Positions 1 to 15,302 of a stretch of 64,000 nt of DNA are shown piece after piece. The stretch is from Dendrobates tinctorius. Lineage: Eukaryota. Under the pieces are notes generated by a model. That model saw nothing but the letters and a program-made list of their open reading frames with translations. It searched no databases and was not told where the DNA came from. The first letter of the stretch is position 1. Every line of letters begins with the position of its first letter. Location: positions 3,224,001 to 3,288,000 of the forward strand of contig NW_027361889.1 in assembly GCF_039654945.1 (NCBI RefSeq), in the 5' to 3' direction. The position numbers and the translations under genes are program-made.

Positions 1-397
1 ATGCAGAGGACTGATCGGTATGAGACGCCTCCTTAAAGAGGAGTTCCCATAGTTAATAGAGTGGCGCTACTCTGCCATCTCCATCAGTCCCAGAAGCTTT
101 AAGGCCACTTTTACACATCAGTGTTTGACTACGATGCAAGTACCGGCCACGTGACTCCTGGCCAGAAAGCAACATCTGCATAGGCAGAAACGAGGCTGCG
201 GAGTTTGAGTCAAGAGACCTGTGTGCAGATCTGTACATCGTGATCCGTGCTCGGACCGTGAAATATGGATGGGTGAAACCGAGCGGGAGCAACCATGGCT
301 CAATTTAAATAAGGTACATAGGACCTCGGTTATCATGATTGCCAGGAGCCCCAGCACTTTGACACAACACCCCTTTAAGTAAGCATTACACCTTGAT

Positions 398-634
398 TAG
401 TAATGAGCAAACGTGCTGGGATAAGGTGTTATCTGAGCATGCTCGGGGGCTAACCGAGTGTCTGCGGCGTGCTCGAATACCATGTTCTAGTCTCCGCAGT
501 TGCATGTCTCGCGGTTATTAAGACAGCCACAAGACATGCAACCGCGGAGACTCGAACATTTTTTTCGAGCACACCAAAGATATTCGGTTAGCACCCAAGC
601 ATGCTTAGATAACACCTTTGTTTGCTCATCACTA
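398..634. mobile_element. hAT-like palindromic MITE
   Basis: Ends TAGTAATGAGC...GCTCATCACTA, internal self-complementarity, 8-bp flanks accttgat/atcttgat (7/8). Second copy at 50618-50867. Confidence 0.7.
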
Positions 635-1255
635 ATCTTGATCCTTCTTCTCACATCTGCAGTAAGGGGAACAGTTGGACACAGATGATTGGCAGCTCCC
701 GCCAGGATTAATGGGCTCAACTGATAATCATCTAATGTGTATGGGCATCAACAGACCGCTAGCGAGGGACTTGGCCCCACTTTCACATTAGTTTTCAGTC
801 TTCATTCTTCTATATGGAAAGTTTAGCAAACAAAATACAAGCAAAAAATAAAAGAAAGGAGAATAGATACCTTGACCCAAAAGGAAAGCAGTAGATGACA
901 GATTGGAGTGATAATTGCTGATTAAACACACGTTTTCTGCACAAGTGCCTAGTGCCAGAGGCAATAGAGGGGATGCAATAAAACAATGGAGCAATAAGTT
1001 GCTTAAATGGTTATTGTCAGCTGCTATCACTTTAATGTCAGGTGAGGGTCCGACTTCTGTGACCCCCCCCAAAAAACCTTGATAATAAAACTGCTGCAGC
1101 ATTAAACTGCTTTTCGTCTACAGCACAGGGGCTATGCAGAATACTTCTCATACAAGTGAAAAGAGTATGTACAACACAATTTTATAAAAAAAAAAAAAAA
1201 AAATTATAAATTAAAGTCAAGGACTAAAGAAAAACAAAATGGACTAAATACTCAC

Positions 1256-1465
1256 TCATCTCCATCGGGACACATTCCTGTGGTTTCATCGTATTTTGTA
1301 CAATAAACGTCCGGGCTGTAGTTAAACGTCCCGTCTCGTCTCCGGATGGGTCTGCGACGACGTTGGTTTAAGAAATGCCAGTGAAAGCAGGTGAAGGGTC
1401 TATGCTGGGTACATTTGTGCTGCAAAAACAGCGGGCACTGCTCGGTCCGAAATTCCTTAAGATAC
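1256..1465 (-). CDS. UNKL: UNKL exon 2 (unkempt-like CCCH zinc-finger RNA-binding protein); gene continues beyond left edge
   Basis: Bounded by AG and GTGAGT; translates YLKEFRTEQCPLFLQHKCTQHRPFTCFHWHFLNQRRRRPIRRRDGTFNYSPDVYCTKYDETTGMCPDGD, the Unkempt zinc-finger region; phase matches exon 1. Confidence 0.95.
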
Positions 1466-2249
1466 CTTTAAAAAGAAGAAATTAGGATTTACTAGACAGA
1501 TTTAAAGAGTCTCCAAAACTTGAAATGCAATCCATAATCCACAACAGAGAGAGGCGGTTCATAAAGGGGTATTACCTGAGTAGTAATAAGAGGAAGCGAG
1601 AATAGTCTGAAACCACTTTTCTTAGAACTCTACATGGTTCCATTCATCTGCTGTTCCTCCTGGAAACGTATAAATAAAATGGACACTATGCTATTCTTAT
1701 TGTTGCAGGGGCGTGTCCCTACAGAGTCTGAAACTGGCAGTGCTGATTGGACAGTTTCAGACTGTGCAGGGACACGCTACTCCCAACACATCATATATTT
1801 CCAGGAGGAATAACAGAGGATTTGCACAATGCAAAGTTATTAAACAAAAAATATGCTCTTGAATTGTCATTTATTAAAACGGAAACCCATCAGGGTCCTT
1901 CTTTCCAACAATTTGGGGAGAGGGCAGGAGTCAGCACCCCCATGAAGCCGTGCCTATGGCTGCAGCAGAGCACACAGACCGAAGAGGCTCCCGGGTAAGA
2001 ACAATATCTGGGCTTCTTTGCAGTTCAATAGCTCATCATAATGTACAATCCCACCTTCTTCAGAGGTGGTAGTGGCCCCCGTAGCTCATGGGCCCCTGCG
2101 CTGCTTGCATAGGTTGCCCCATTGGTGCGTCCGCCCCGGGATGGCTGGGCTTCTCTGCAGTACGGCACAAGCAATCACAGGTTCAAACCCTTCAGGGAAT
2201 CTGGTAATAACTTTTATACAAGAGTTAAAATCTCCACAACCTTCCTATT

Positions 2250-2520
2250 AGGCTATGTGCACACGCTGCGGAATGGAGTGCGGATTTGGCCGCGTGGATT
2301 TTGTAAAATCCACAGGGAAATAGACCTGCGGTTTTACCTGCGGATTGCTCTGCAGTTTTTCATCTCCACAATGGAGGGAGATGGCAAACCGCAGCGGAAT
2401 CCGCAGAAAGAACTGACATGTCAATTCTTTCTGCGGTTTCAAACCGTGGAAAAATCCGCACCGTCTACAGTGTTTTTTTATTCCCATAGGGAATAATGGT
2501 ACTGTACACCAACCCGCAGA
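2250..2520. mobile_element. Truncated Harbinger-like MITE (same family as 12754-13133)
   Basis: Colinear similarity to 12754-13133; right part replaced by the VNTR. Confidence 0.65.
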
Positions 2521-3770
2521 GGAGCCCCCCCCCGGGGCAGGGAGACACAGGAGCCCCCCCCCCCCCCGGGGCAGGGAGACACAGGAGCCCCCCCCCCCCC
2601 CGGGGCAGGGAGACACAGGAGCCCCCCCCCCCCCCGGGGCAGGGAGACACAGGAGCCCCCCCCCCCCCCGGGGCAGGGAGACACAGGAGCCCCCCCCCCC
2701 CCCGGGGCAGGGAGACACAGGAGCCCCCCCCCCCCCCGGGGCAGGGAGACACAGGAGCCCCCCCCCCCCCGGGGCAGGGAGACACAGGAGCCCCCCCCCC
2801 CCGGGGCAGGGAGACACAGGAGCCCCCCCCCCCGGGGCAGGGAGACACAGGAGCCCCCCCCCCCCGGGGCAGGGAGACACAGGAGCCCCCCCCCCCCGGG
2901 GCAGGGAGACACAGGAGCCCCCCCCCCCCGGGGCAGGGAGACACAGGAGCCCCCCCCCCCCCGGGGCAGGGAGACACAGGAGCCCCCCCCCCCCGGGGCA
3001 GGGAGACACAGGAGCCCCCCCCCCCCCGGGGCAGGGAGACACAGGAGCCCCCCCCCCCCGGGGCAGGGAGACACAGGAGCCCCCCCCCCCCGGGGCAGGG
3101 AGACACAGGAGCCGCCCCCCCCCCGGGGCAGGGAGACACAGGAGCCGCCCCCCCCCCCCCCCGGGGCAGGGAGACACAGGAGCCGCCCCCCCCCCCCGGG
3201 GCAGGGAGACACAGGAGCCGCCCCCCCCCCCGGGGCAGGGAGACACAGGAGCCGCCCCCCCCCCCCCCCCCCGGGGCAGGGGGACACAGGAGCCGCCCCC
3301 CCCCCCCGGGGCAGGGGGACACAGGAGCCGCCCCCCCCCCCCCCCCCGGGGCAGGGGGACACAGGAGCCGCCCCCCCCCCCCCCCCCCGGGGCAGGGGGA
3401 CACAGGAGCCGCCCCCCCCCCCCCCCCCGGGGCAGGGGGACACAGGAGCCGCCCCCCCCCCCCGGGGCAGGGAGACACAGGAGCCGCCCCCCCCCCCCCC
3501 CCCCGGGGCAGGGGGACACAGGAGCCGCCCCCCCCCCCCCCGGGGCAGGGGGACACAGGAGCCGCCCCCCCCCCGGGGCAGGGAGACACAGGAGATGCCC
3601 CCCCCGGGGCAGGGGGACACAGGAGCCGCCCCCCCCGGGGCAGGGGGACACAGGAGCCGCCCCCCCCCGGGGCAGGGGGACACAGGAGCCGCCCCCCCCC
3701 CCGGGGCAGGGAGACACAGGAGCCGCCCCCCCCCCCCGGGGCAGGGGGACAGAGGAGCCCCCCGGAGCAG
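2521..3770. repeat. GC-rich VNTR, GGGGCAGGGAGACACAGGAG(CCG)+poly-C, ~31-40 bp unit, roughly 35-40 copies, in UNKL intron 1
   Basis: Directly visible tandem array with variable-length C runs. Confidence 0.95.
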
Positions 3771-4148
3771 AGGGACGCGGCTGCACAGCGCTGACATTTT
3801 GCAGAAAGACAGGAGGGAAAGGGGGGCAGCCGTCCGGGAACGAGCAGGCGGCGCTCGCAGCGATATTCTCAGACGCGCCCCGCGCTCTAGTGGAGCGTAG
3901 CGCACAGGGAAGAGGCGAGTCCTTGCGCTACGCAACCAACGTAGCGGCTCTACAAACAAGCAGACCGGGGCACGCGAGCTACGAGAGTAATCGCGCCCGG
4001 AGCAGCGGAAAGCGGCCAGCGACGCTCCAGAGCCGCAGCCTAAAGCCGCACACAGACCAAAGTGCAGAAAACCAGCCCGCTCCTCACACAGCCACACAAT
4101 GCTGCCCCAATACCAGGAGCCGCCTCCATCCCCGCGCCCGCCACTTAC

Positions 4149-4213
4149 GTGTAGTGAGTCGGTTTCTCGGTCTGCGGGGAGCCGCTCAGCGCCGTTTTCG
4201 AAACCGACGGCAT
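4149..4213 (-). CDS. UNKL: UNKL exon 1 coding part
   Basis: ATG at 4213, MPSVSKTALSGSPQTEKPTHY(T), GTAAGT donor; N-terminus matches UNKL (MPSVSK...QTEKPTHY) rather than UNK. Confidence 0.93.
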
Positions 4214-4470
4214 TTTCAGTCAAAACAAACATGAGCGCATGCGCGGGAATCCGGGAGAGCCAGCTCTAAGCCACTCCCCCCCGTGAGTGACAGAACCCCG
4301 CCCCCGGCCACTGCCCTCTCTGAATGACAGAACTAGCAAGAACCCGCCCACTTTCTGGGTAATAGCTCCGCCCAACGCCTTTCCTTTGATGGGAGAGGGA
4401 ACTGTGAGCCACGCCCTCTCCAGTCTGGCCCCGCCCCTGTGTTGAGTTTTCCGCCGCGGCGCGCTGGCTG
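4214..4470 (-). promoter_or_regulatory. UNKL CpG-island promoter/5'UTR
   Basis: CpG-rich; NRF1 palindrome GCGCATGCGC 4235-4244; several GC boxes (CCCCGCCCC, CCGCCC). Confidence 0.7.
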
Positions 4471-4980
4471 CACAGTCAGGTGCACGGTCACTGGATCATT
4501 GTCACGTCCATTCTAGTCTGTCACAGTCTGCATCACGTCCACTCCAGTCTGTCACAGTCTGCAGATCTGTGGTGTACAGCTGTATGGGAGATTCCTTTCC
4601 ATAAGGTATAAATGCAGTTGCATTAGGACCTATTTGGAAAATCTCGGGTTTCGCCATATAAATTGCAGAAGTTATTCAGCTCTCTTAAGCTGATGAGGCT
4701 GTTGTACTTACTTTGAAAATCCAATTCAGAACGCCCGCATAATCCTTTACGAAAGTTTAAATTTCCTCCTCAGTGTCCCTCCTCCCTGCAGGGATCTCAC
4801 ACTGCTCAGTACAAGCTGCAGCTGTCAGTCGGGCTGGATGGGCAGAGGCTGAATACACTTGGACTCAGGAACTCTCACTATTTAGCTGGACTCATAAGAT
4901 GCCCGTCTTAAAGGGTTTTTTTCAGGCTTACAGGTTTACGCGCACGTTTTGCATTCTTTGAGGATTCACAAGTCTGCACT

Positions 4981-5602
4981 CACATAGAGTGACTGCAGAC
5001 TTGGATCACATAGAGTGACTGCAGACTTGGATCACATAGAGTGACTGCAGACTTGGATCACATAGAGTGACTGCAGACTTGGATCACATGGACTGACTGC
5101 AGACTTGGATCACATAGAGTGACTGCAGACTTGGATCACAGAGAGACTGCAGACTTGGATCACATAGAGTGACTGCAGACTTGGATCACATAGAGTGACT
5201 GCAGACTTGGATCACATGGACTGACTGCAGACTTGGATCACATAGAGTGACTGCAGACTTGGATCACATAGAGTGACTGCAGACTTGGATCACATAGAGT
5301 GACTGCAGACTTGGATCACATGGACTGACTGCAGACTTGGATCACATAGAGTGACTGCAGACTTGGATTACATAGAGTGACTGCAGACTTGGATTACATA
5401 GAGTGACTGCAGACTTGGATTACATAGAGAGACTGCAGAGGTATCACATAGAGTGACTGCAGCCATGGATCACATGGAGTGACTGCAGACTTGGATCACA
5501 TAGAGAGACTGCAGACGTATCACAGAGAGACTGCAGACTTCGATCACATAGAGAGACTGCAGCCATGGATCACATGGAGTGACTGCAGACTTGGATCACA
5601 TA
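4981..5602. repeat. 26-bp minisatellite (CACATAGAGTGACTGCAGACTTGGAT), left arm
   Basis: Visible tandem array interrupted by Tc1. Confidence 0.95.
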
Positions 5603-7171
<1,569 letters not shown>

Positions 7172-7652
7172 TAGAGTGACTGCAGTCTTGGATCACATGG
7201 CGTGACTGCAGACTTGGATCACATAGAATGACTGCAGACTTGGATCACATGGAGTGGCTGCAGACTTGGATCACATGGACTGACTGCAGACTTGGATCAC
7301 ATGGACTGACTGCAGACTTGGATCACATGGACTGACTGCAGACTTGGATCATATGGACTGACTGCAGACTTGGATCACATAGAGTGACTGCAGACTTGGA
7401 TCACATGGAGTGGCTGCAGACTTGGATCACATGGAGTGACTGCAGACTTTGATGACATGAAGTGACTGCAGACTTGGATCACATGGAGTGACTGCAGACT
7501 TGGATCACATGGAGTGACTGCAGACTTTGATGACATAAAGTGACTGCAGACTTTGATCACATGGAGTGACTGCAGACCTGGATCACATGGAGTGACTGCA
7601 GACCAGGATCACATAGAGTGACTGCAGACCTGGATCACATAGAGTGACTGCA
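7172..7652. repeat. 26-bp minisatellite, right arm
   Basis: Same unit resumes in register after the Tc1 TA. Confidence 0.95.
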
Positions 7653-8504
7653 GAACTGTGTGGATTAAACCTGTGTGAATGTGAATGCAAGTGTACAATA
7701 GAAGACAATAGTGAAATTTAAAACATGGCTTAAGAACAGTTTGTTTTATACACTTTTCTTTCTGCTTTTTTCTCACTTTTGGCGCATAATTTTTCAAGTA
7801 TTTTCCCATGGCTTTTTTATAGGTCTTGAAAAACACCTGAAAAAAAAAAAAAACAATATGAAATTCATGATTTAAAAAAATAAGTACGGAAAACGCGTCA
7901 ATGAAGAATCCATTTTTCCATTTCCTGTTAGCTTCACTCCACCCTTCGGCAAATCCACCCCAGGGTAGGGCAACACACGTGTGGTTTGAGGTGCAATTTT
8001 TTTTTTTTTTTTTTTTTTAACCAAAGCCAGAAGAGATCCAGCAGGAAGGAGAAATATAAGGGTATGTGCACACTGAGTCTGTTTGTTGAGTTTTTGGCAC
8101 AAAAACTAGCGTGAAACTCCCATGTTTTGAGTTTTCGATAAGGATTTGGAGAATTTCCGCTCATTTTCCGCTCCAAAATCTCCATGTGCACATAGCATAA
8201 ATCTGTGACCAGGAAGAAGGATTTATATATTTACACCACTTTTTCCCATGTTTGGCATAAAAAAGCATGCCACATTTTTTTTGCAGATTTTAACCAAAAT
8301 CCAACAGAAATAAATAATCCACATGCGGGACATACAGATTCAGATAGTTGTCGGCTGAACGACTAGCCAACAACTATCTGTCCCAACTCCTGCTTACACA
8401 GGAACTCTCAGAGGGAGACAGCAGATGCCAGACTTCGGTGGTAGAGGATTATTGCTGCGGGTGCTGAAATTTAGCAGGTTGGATCCTTCTCACCACAGAC
8501 ATAT

Positions 8505-8775
8505 TCTCATTTGCACAAGGAAAGACTAGAAGCAATGGGATGAAACTGAATGGGAGGAGACACAGATTAGATATTAGAAAAAACTTTTTGACAGGGTGAT
8601 CAATGAGTGGAACAGGCTGCCACGAGAGGTGGTGAGTTCTCCTTCAATGGATGTCTTCAAACAGAGGCTGGACAGACATCTGTCTGGGATGATTTAGTGA
8701 ATCCTGCATTGAGCAGGGGGTTGGACCAGATGGCCCAGGAGGTCCCTTCCAACTCTACGATTCTATGATTCTATG
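8505..8775 (+). mobile_element. CR1 LINE 3' fragment
   Basis: RVINEWNRLPREVV-type RT C-terminus; 3'UTR ending in TTCTATGA repeats. Confidence 0.8.
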
Positions 8776-9729
8776 ACATCATCTGTCGAGGGAAAATCGG
8801 AAGGCTCACATCTAATGGCTTTGTTCACACCTGTGTTGAAGGTTTCATTACAGATTGCTAAAAATACAAGAAATAAAGTAGGGCAACACTACGTCTTCCC
8901 ATGATATTACGGAAACCAAGAAGGAAACATGGCGGATCTCATTATAGTTAGTAGTGTCCGACGGGCGCCGTTGTGATGCATCTCTCCCTTTCTTGTACTC
9001 CATTTTTTCAGCTCCCATGATGGCACGCTTCTTAAATCAAAGGCAAATTGACTAGTGTGCGGTACGAGCATGCTGGTGGCACAGTTACTGACATTGGTTA
9101 TATTCACATGCCTGGGAATCCCCACCCCTATCCCTGACACATAGAGACGCCACTCCTCCATTACTGTAGTACGCCTCTCCGCCTCCATGTTGCCTCCAGC
9201 TCCTCTATTGTTACTTCCCCTTCCCCTTCTACTCTTACATTCCCACCCTTTTCTCTTCTCCACCTGCAATGACCCCAGCAGATCTCATTCTCACTTCTTG
9301 CCAGACATTACTCCCCCTCATTGTTAAATATCACCCCCATTCTTCACGAACAATGCGACAGCACAAAGATTTCTGTGCGTAGAGCTTTACGAAGAACACT
9401 TCTCTGACTATGGGATGCACAAATGACAGGAGAAAATAATGTTTTTTTGAGGAGACCTTCAGAACTATCTATGTTCTATACTGCCAGGCCATAAATCGTG
9501 CCTGCAAAAGTGAGAACACATTGTACATGAAGTGGAGACGGCATAAAACCCAAAATTGGTCTTTCTGTAGATTTCGGCTCTTTTTCTATTCCTTTAACAT
9601 ATTTGCACTATAATACATACTATTAACACCCCAGACCATGGTAAAATATAGAGTGATCTAGGTACAAAATTACTGATAAAGTCCACACATTAATATCCTA
9701 GAGAGGGTCCCACTCCTGTCCCCCTCCCA

Positions 9730-11085
9730 GAGCTATAACGAGGCAACACCCCCGACACCCCCTAACCAACGAACCATAATGGGGCAACACTCTCATCCCC
9801 TTCTGCTAGCCATAATGGAGAAAATCTCCCAGACCTCTCTATCAGCCGTAACGGAGCAACACTCTCGGCCCCCCTCTATGATCCATAATGGGGCAACACT
9901 CCTGGACGCGTCTACGAGCCATAACAGAGCAATACTCCAGGCCCCCTCCATGAACCATAATGGTTCAACACTCCTGGACCCCTCTACGAGCCATAACCAG
10001 GCAACACTCCCGTCTCTTTTTAAAAGCCAAAATGGAGCAACACTCCCGGCCACCTCTACGAACCATAATGGAGCAACACTCCCGGCCCCCTCTATGAGCT
10101 ATAATAGGACACCACTCCCGGACCCCTTTTACCAGCCATAAGAGGGCAACACTCCCGGCTCCCTCTATGAGCAAAAACAGGGCAACACTCTCGACCCCCT
10201 CTGCAAGCCATAACAGAACTATACTCCCGGCCCCCCCCTCTACGAGCCTTAATGGGAAAACTCTCCTGGCCCCCTCTATGATCCATAATGGAGCAACACT
10301 TCCAGCCCTGTCTATGAGTCATAACGGAGCAATACTCCCGGCCCCCTCTACGAATCATAATGGGGCAACACTCACAGCCCCCTGTACCAGCCATAATGAG
10401 ACAACAATCCCACCCCCCTCTACCAGCCATAACGGGGCTACACTCCCGACCCCCTCTATGAGCCAAAACAGTGCAACACTCTCGGCCCCCTCTACAAGCC
10501 ATGACGGAGCAAATTTCCCTGCCCCCTCTATGAGCCATAACAGGGCAACACTCCAGGCCTCCCTCTACGAGCCATAATGGGTCAACAATCCCAGCCCCCT
10601 CTATGAGCCATAACAGGGCAACACTCCAGGCCTCCCTCTACGAGCCATAATGGGTCAACAATCCCGGCCTCCTCTATGAGCCATAACAGGGCAACACTCC
10701 AGGCCTCCCTCTACGAGCCATAATGGGTCAACAATCCCGGCCCCCTCTATGAGCCATAACAGGACAACACTCCAGGCCTCCCTCTACGAGCCATAATGGG
10801 TCAACAATCCCGGCCCCCTCTATGAGCCATAACAGGACAACACTCCAGGCCTCCCTCTACGAGCCATAATGGGTCAACAATCCCGGCCTCCTCTATGAGC
10901 CATAACAGGACAACACTCCAGGCCTCCCTCTACGAGCCATAATGGGTCAACAATCCCGGCCCCCTCTATGAGCCATAACAGGACAACACTCCAGGCCTCC
11001 CTCTACGAGCCATAATGGGTCAACAATCCCGGCCTCCTCTATGAGCCATAACAGGGCAACACTCCAGGCACTCTCTACGAGCCGT
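9730..11085. repeat. 36-bp minisatellite grading into a 73-bp dimeric repeat
   Basis: Unit AGCCATAATGGAGCAACACTCCCGGCCCCCTCTATG; alternating 37+36 units from ~10545. Confidence 0.9.
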
Positions 11086-12692
11086 AAAGGTCAATAATAT
11101 GTTCGAACAGACTTTTACCGTCTGTTTTTCAAAGATATGCTGTCTGGCCTGGACTTCCCCCAACAACTTAAATCTAAAAGCTCCCATATAATTTAGATAA
11201 CTATCGGCCATACGATGGTTTGTCCCGGGGCGGACCTACCGCCCGTGCAGCTGTCCAATCTTTCATCCAGCAGCTATCTCGTCAGATCCTCCCATACACG
11301 GGAGCTCTCGCTCTTGCGTTCCCTCTGAGAGAGCCACAACCAGACATGTCTGAGGGCCACTTATCTCAGGGAGAACAAAGTGATCATCACTCTGAAATCA
11401 GACATGCCAGAGATTTATTTACCCTTTGACAATCATCTATCAGTGACCCCCATACAAATTGGGCTGTCAGATGGAATCCATCAGTATCCACAGATGTATG
11501 GGGCATTAAGAGGGGTGGTCTCTGACTGGTAATCCCCCTTAACAAAGGGATTATTTATTTATAACACAAATGGCATATCAAGTGGTTTTACCATAAATGT
11601 TTGACCGTGGGGTCAGTGGCCTAATTTAAAGCTCATGGGCCCCAATGCAAAAGCTCTAACAGGGCCCACAATTATTGCAAGTCTTTAACAGTATTGGTCC
11701 TTTTATGTAGGCCAAAGGGACGTTTTGGGCCCCCTTAGGTTCCAGGGCCTGGGTGTGACCTCAACCCCTGCACGTATTATAGTTACACCCCTGCATGGGG
11801 TCCTGGCTCATGAAATCTCCACTAACACCACAAAAGGAACCTGTCAGGACATTTTTACATATGGAATTAATGGTATAGGTGCAAGTTCCCCAATACAAAT
11901 GCTATCTTTTTTTTTCTGCAGAGATCTGATATTGCCAGCATGAAAAATCTAGCATAAAATTTATATGTAAATCTCTCTGGAAGTGCACTAGGGGCGCGAC
12001 AATGCACTTGACCTGCTTATTCCATGTGCATTGACACGCCCCCAGTGCACATACAGCCTGATTTGCATATGGCTCTTACATTAGATTTCTCATGACATTG
12101 AATCTCTGAAAATAAAAGGAATTATTGTGGGTTAGGTAGCAAATTCTGATGACCACTTCCAGTAGAATTATTAACTTTTTCACGAAGAAAATGTTATTAA
12201 AAGTAAAAAAAAAAAAAAAGTGGTGTACTTAAGGGATATGACTTAACAGGGAGTGCAATTTCAAAGTTAGATACAGAATCAATTTTTTTTTTTTGACCAT
12301 ACAGGGGGAAAAATAGAGATATTCATCCCTGACATCCTAAATTTTAAAAGTAGAAGCTGAGGATAGTTATGGAAACTAATAAAGCGTAACTATAATCGGG
12401 TTGGTTTGGTTTCAATAAAGGTGTCCAGCATACCCTAATGGAACATAAACAGACCCCCATTGTACATAAAGGGATACGTCTGATGGTTTTTGCGTCCTTC
12501 GTACAACAAGGACAGCTTGCACAAAAATGAGGGTGGTTCGGGTGACGTATTCCGGTTCTGGTGACATATTTATATAGTGATGGTTCTCAATTTCATATTA
12601 GTATCCAAGTAAGGTAGCTTAAGGCAAAAACAAAATATTTGCACCCTTTAATTAAAACATTTTAGTAGCTTTATGATCAACAGTAAATTCTA

Positions 12693-13855
12693 AATAATAA
12701 TAATAATAATCTTTATATAGCGCCAACATATTTTGCAGCGCTTTACAGTTTAAGGGTACGTGCACACGCTGCGGACTGGGGTGCGGATTTGGCAGCGCGG
12801 ATTTTGTAAAATCCGAAGGTAAATCTGCAGGTCAAAAGACCTGCGGTTTTACCTGCGGATTGCTCTGCGGTTTTGCCCTGCGGTTTTTCATCTCCACAAT
12901 GGAGGAGATGGCAAACCGCAGCGGAATCCGCAGAAAGAATTGACATGTCAATTCTTTCTGTGGTTTTGAAACTGCTGGAAAACCGCGCGTAAAAATCTGC
13001 ACCGTCTGCACTGCGGTTTTTAATATCCATAGGATATTATGGTACTGTACACCGCAGCTAAAACTGCTGCGGATCCGCAACGGCCAAATCCGCTGCGGAT
13101 CCGCAGCAGAATCCGCAGCGTGTGCACACACCCTAACAGTTTAAAAACACAAGTCATAAGTAACAATGTTAACAATACAATAATTAAAGCAAAATAAGAC
13201 AAAATAAGCCGCCCCTGCTAGTGAGAGCTTACAATCTACAATGAGGTGGGGGAGATACAGAGTACAGGTGTGTATTTACAATGATGTATTTAAATTGATG
13301 GTCCAGCCATCTTGAGGGAGTGAGGGATAGATGGAGATAGTGAATGGGCTACTCACACACACACTTAAAATGACTTTGATTAGTGAACGTGATAGGCCGC
13401 TCTGAACAGATGGGTTTTGAGGGAACGCCTAAAACTGCGCAAATTGTGGGCAGTCCTAATATCTTGGGGTAGAGCATTCTAGAGGATTGGCGCAGCACGG
13501 GAGAAGTCTTGGAGTCGGGAGTGGGAGGTGCGGATTAGTGCAGAGGTTAGTCGAAAGTCGTTTGCAGAGCGGAGCGGTCGGTTAGGCCGATAGACAGAAA
13601 TGAGGGAGGAGATGTAGGGGGGTGACGCACTGTGGAGAGCTTTGTGGGTGAGAACAAGTACTTTGAATTTGATCCTATAATGGATGGTCAGCCAGCGTAA
13701 CGATTGGCGAATAGCGGACGCGTCTGAATACCGATTAGCCAGAAGGATGATCCTGGCTGCTACATTATGTTTCGTCTGGAGTGGGGAAAGTCGAGTAACG
13801 TGGAGGCCAAAAAATAGAGCGTTGCAGTAGTCCAGGCGGGAGTGGATAAGAAATG
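12693..13855 (-). mobile_element. L2 LINE 3' portion
   Basis: Minus strand encodes IKFKVLVLTHKALH...PILWNALP...LKTHLF; ends in (ATT)n tail. Confidence 0.8.
12754..13133. mobile_element. PIF/Harbinger-like MITE in L2 tail
   Basis: TIR GGGTACGTGCACAC/GTGTGCACACACCC; TAA duplication. Confidence 0.8.
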
Positions 13856-15107
13856 CAATCTTTATCTAACTGTAGTCTGGACAATGCAAAGGAAGAACTT
13901 TCCCAATTCTGAGTGCCCAAGTTCGTCCTTTGCATTGGGCTGGGGTTCGGACCCTCCTTGAGCACCTATGCCACATTCTTTAGGATTTTTTTTATAGTCC
14001 TGCAGAATCTCCTAGTTACAATATACATAAAAGAGCGGCGAGACACATAGATATCCAGAACATGTGAAATAAAAACTCCATTGTTGCGTAACTTATCTCG
14101 TTAGTGGGGATGGGGGGGACATTAACTATGAATGGATGATAATTAGATTCCACCTTACACAAATTTTCAGCCATTCCAAGACATGTCTATTGATGCCTTA
14201 TCTCCAGGAGAACAGAGCAATCACATTCCGAATATTGGACATACCACATCGGTCAGTTTGTGGCGCTCCCCGTGCACGTTAGCGTGTCATTTGAATCCGT
14301 TGATAATGCCAACATTAGTCTAATGTGTCTGAAGGTCTTAAGCTGATTGTCCCTGTCTTTTTCTCTTCGAATATTGAACCAAAAAAAGTCATGTTTGGGT
14401 TCCAAAGATCCTGCTTAAACCCCTGATGCTTAAAGGGGTCGTCCAGTGTTCTTCACAGTAATGGACATGTGACTGCCACAGCCACTTTATAATTATTTTT
14501 ACAAATGTGGAGGAAACAGACATTTAATCCACATTGCTAATATAATGTTATATCACTGATGGACACAGACAGAAAAGGGCCCCTGTGCAAGAACAATATA
14601 AGGGCCCTTTACAGCAAGAGCTCCTAAAAATGCAAAACTGCATCTGCTTTGGAGGCAGAATTGGGTCCCTTTACCTCTCGGGCCCCTGTGCGGCCGCGCA
14701 TATTGCAGCAATGCTATGTCCCCCCTGATTTTAATACCAGAGCGGAGATGTGACCTCATTTGTAAAGTGCCACCCCCATTGCTGAGTACAATCTAAAGAT
14801 GTGTTGGGCCATTAGCTATCTCTCGCTTATCCCCTATACACATGAGCCTCCATCTCTGCTGGGCGCTCACATACTTTCAAGAAAACTGCTGGCAGCCTCC
14901 TCTCTTATCTCTCAAAAAAGTAAAAGAGTTGGGCGTTTAATTCAAACCACCCAATTCTTATCTTCCCAATATCATCTGTCAGGGTAAAGTCTGGAGGCCC
15001 CATAAGCACTAGAGCATTGGCTAATCTGGGTGATATCAGCAGCATATGGATCAATTCAGTGTTTTTGGGGGCCTTAAAGTGAATTTGTCACCAGTATTTG
15101 CTGCTTA

Positions 15108-15302
15108 GGCCGGAGTCACACTACAGCGAGATACGGCCGAGTCTCGCAGGTTAAAACCAAGCTCTGGCACCGGCACTCCGGAGCGGAGCGTGCAGCTCCA
15201 TGTATTGCTGTGCGGCTGCACGCTCCGCTCCGGAGTGCCAGCACCAGAGCTTGGTTTTAACCTGCGAGACTCGGCCGTATCTCGCTGTGTGTGATCCCGG
15301 CC
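15108..15302. mobile_element. Palindromic Harbinger-like MITE
   Basis: Near-perfect 195-bp hairpin, TIR GGCCGG..TCACAC, TTA on both sides. Confidence 0.8.

Noticed and set aside
2248-4232. Long Gly/Pro-rich ORFs (374-584 aa)
   Set aside because: Stop-free VNTR open in several frames on both strands, inside UNKL intron 1.
9779-10577. Mucin-like SHNGATLPAPS repeat ORFs
   Set aside because: Frame is broken by indels and 37-bp units; no signal peptide or clear splice context.
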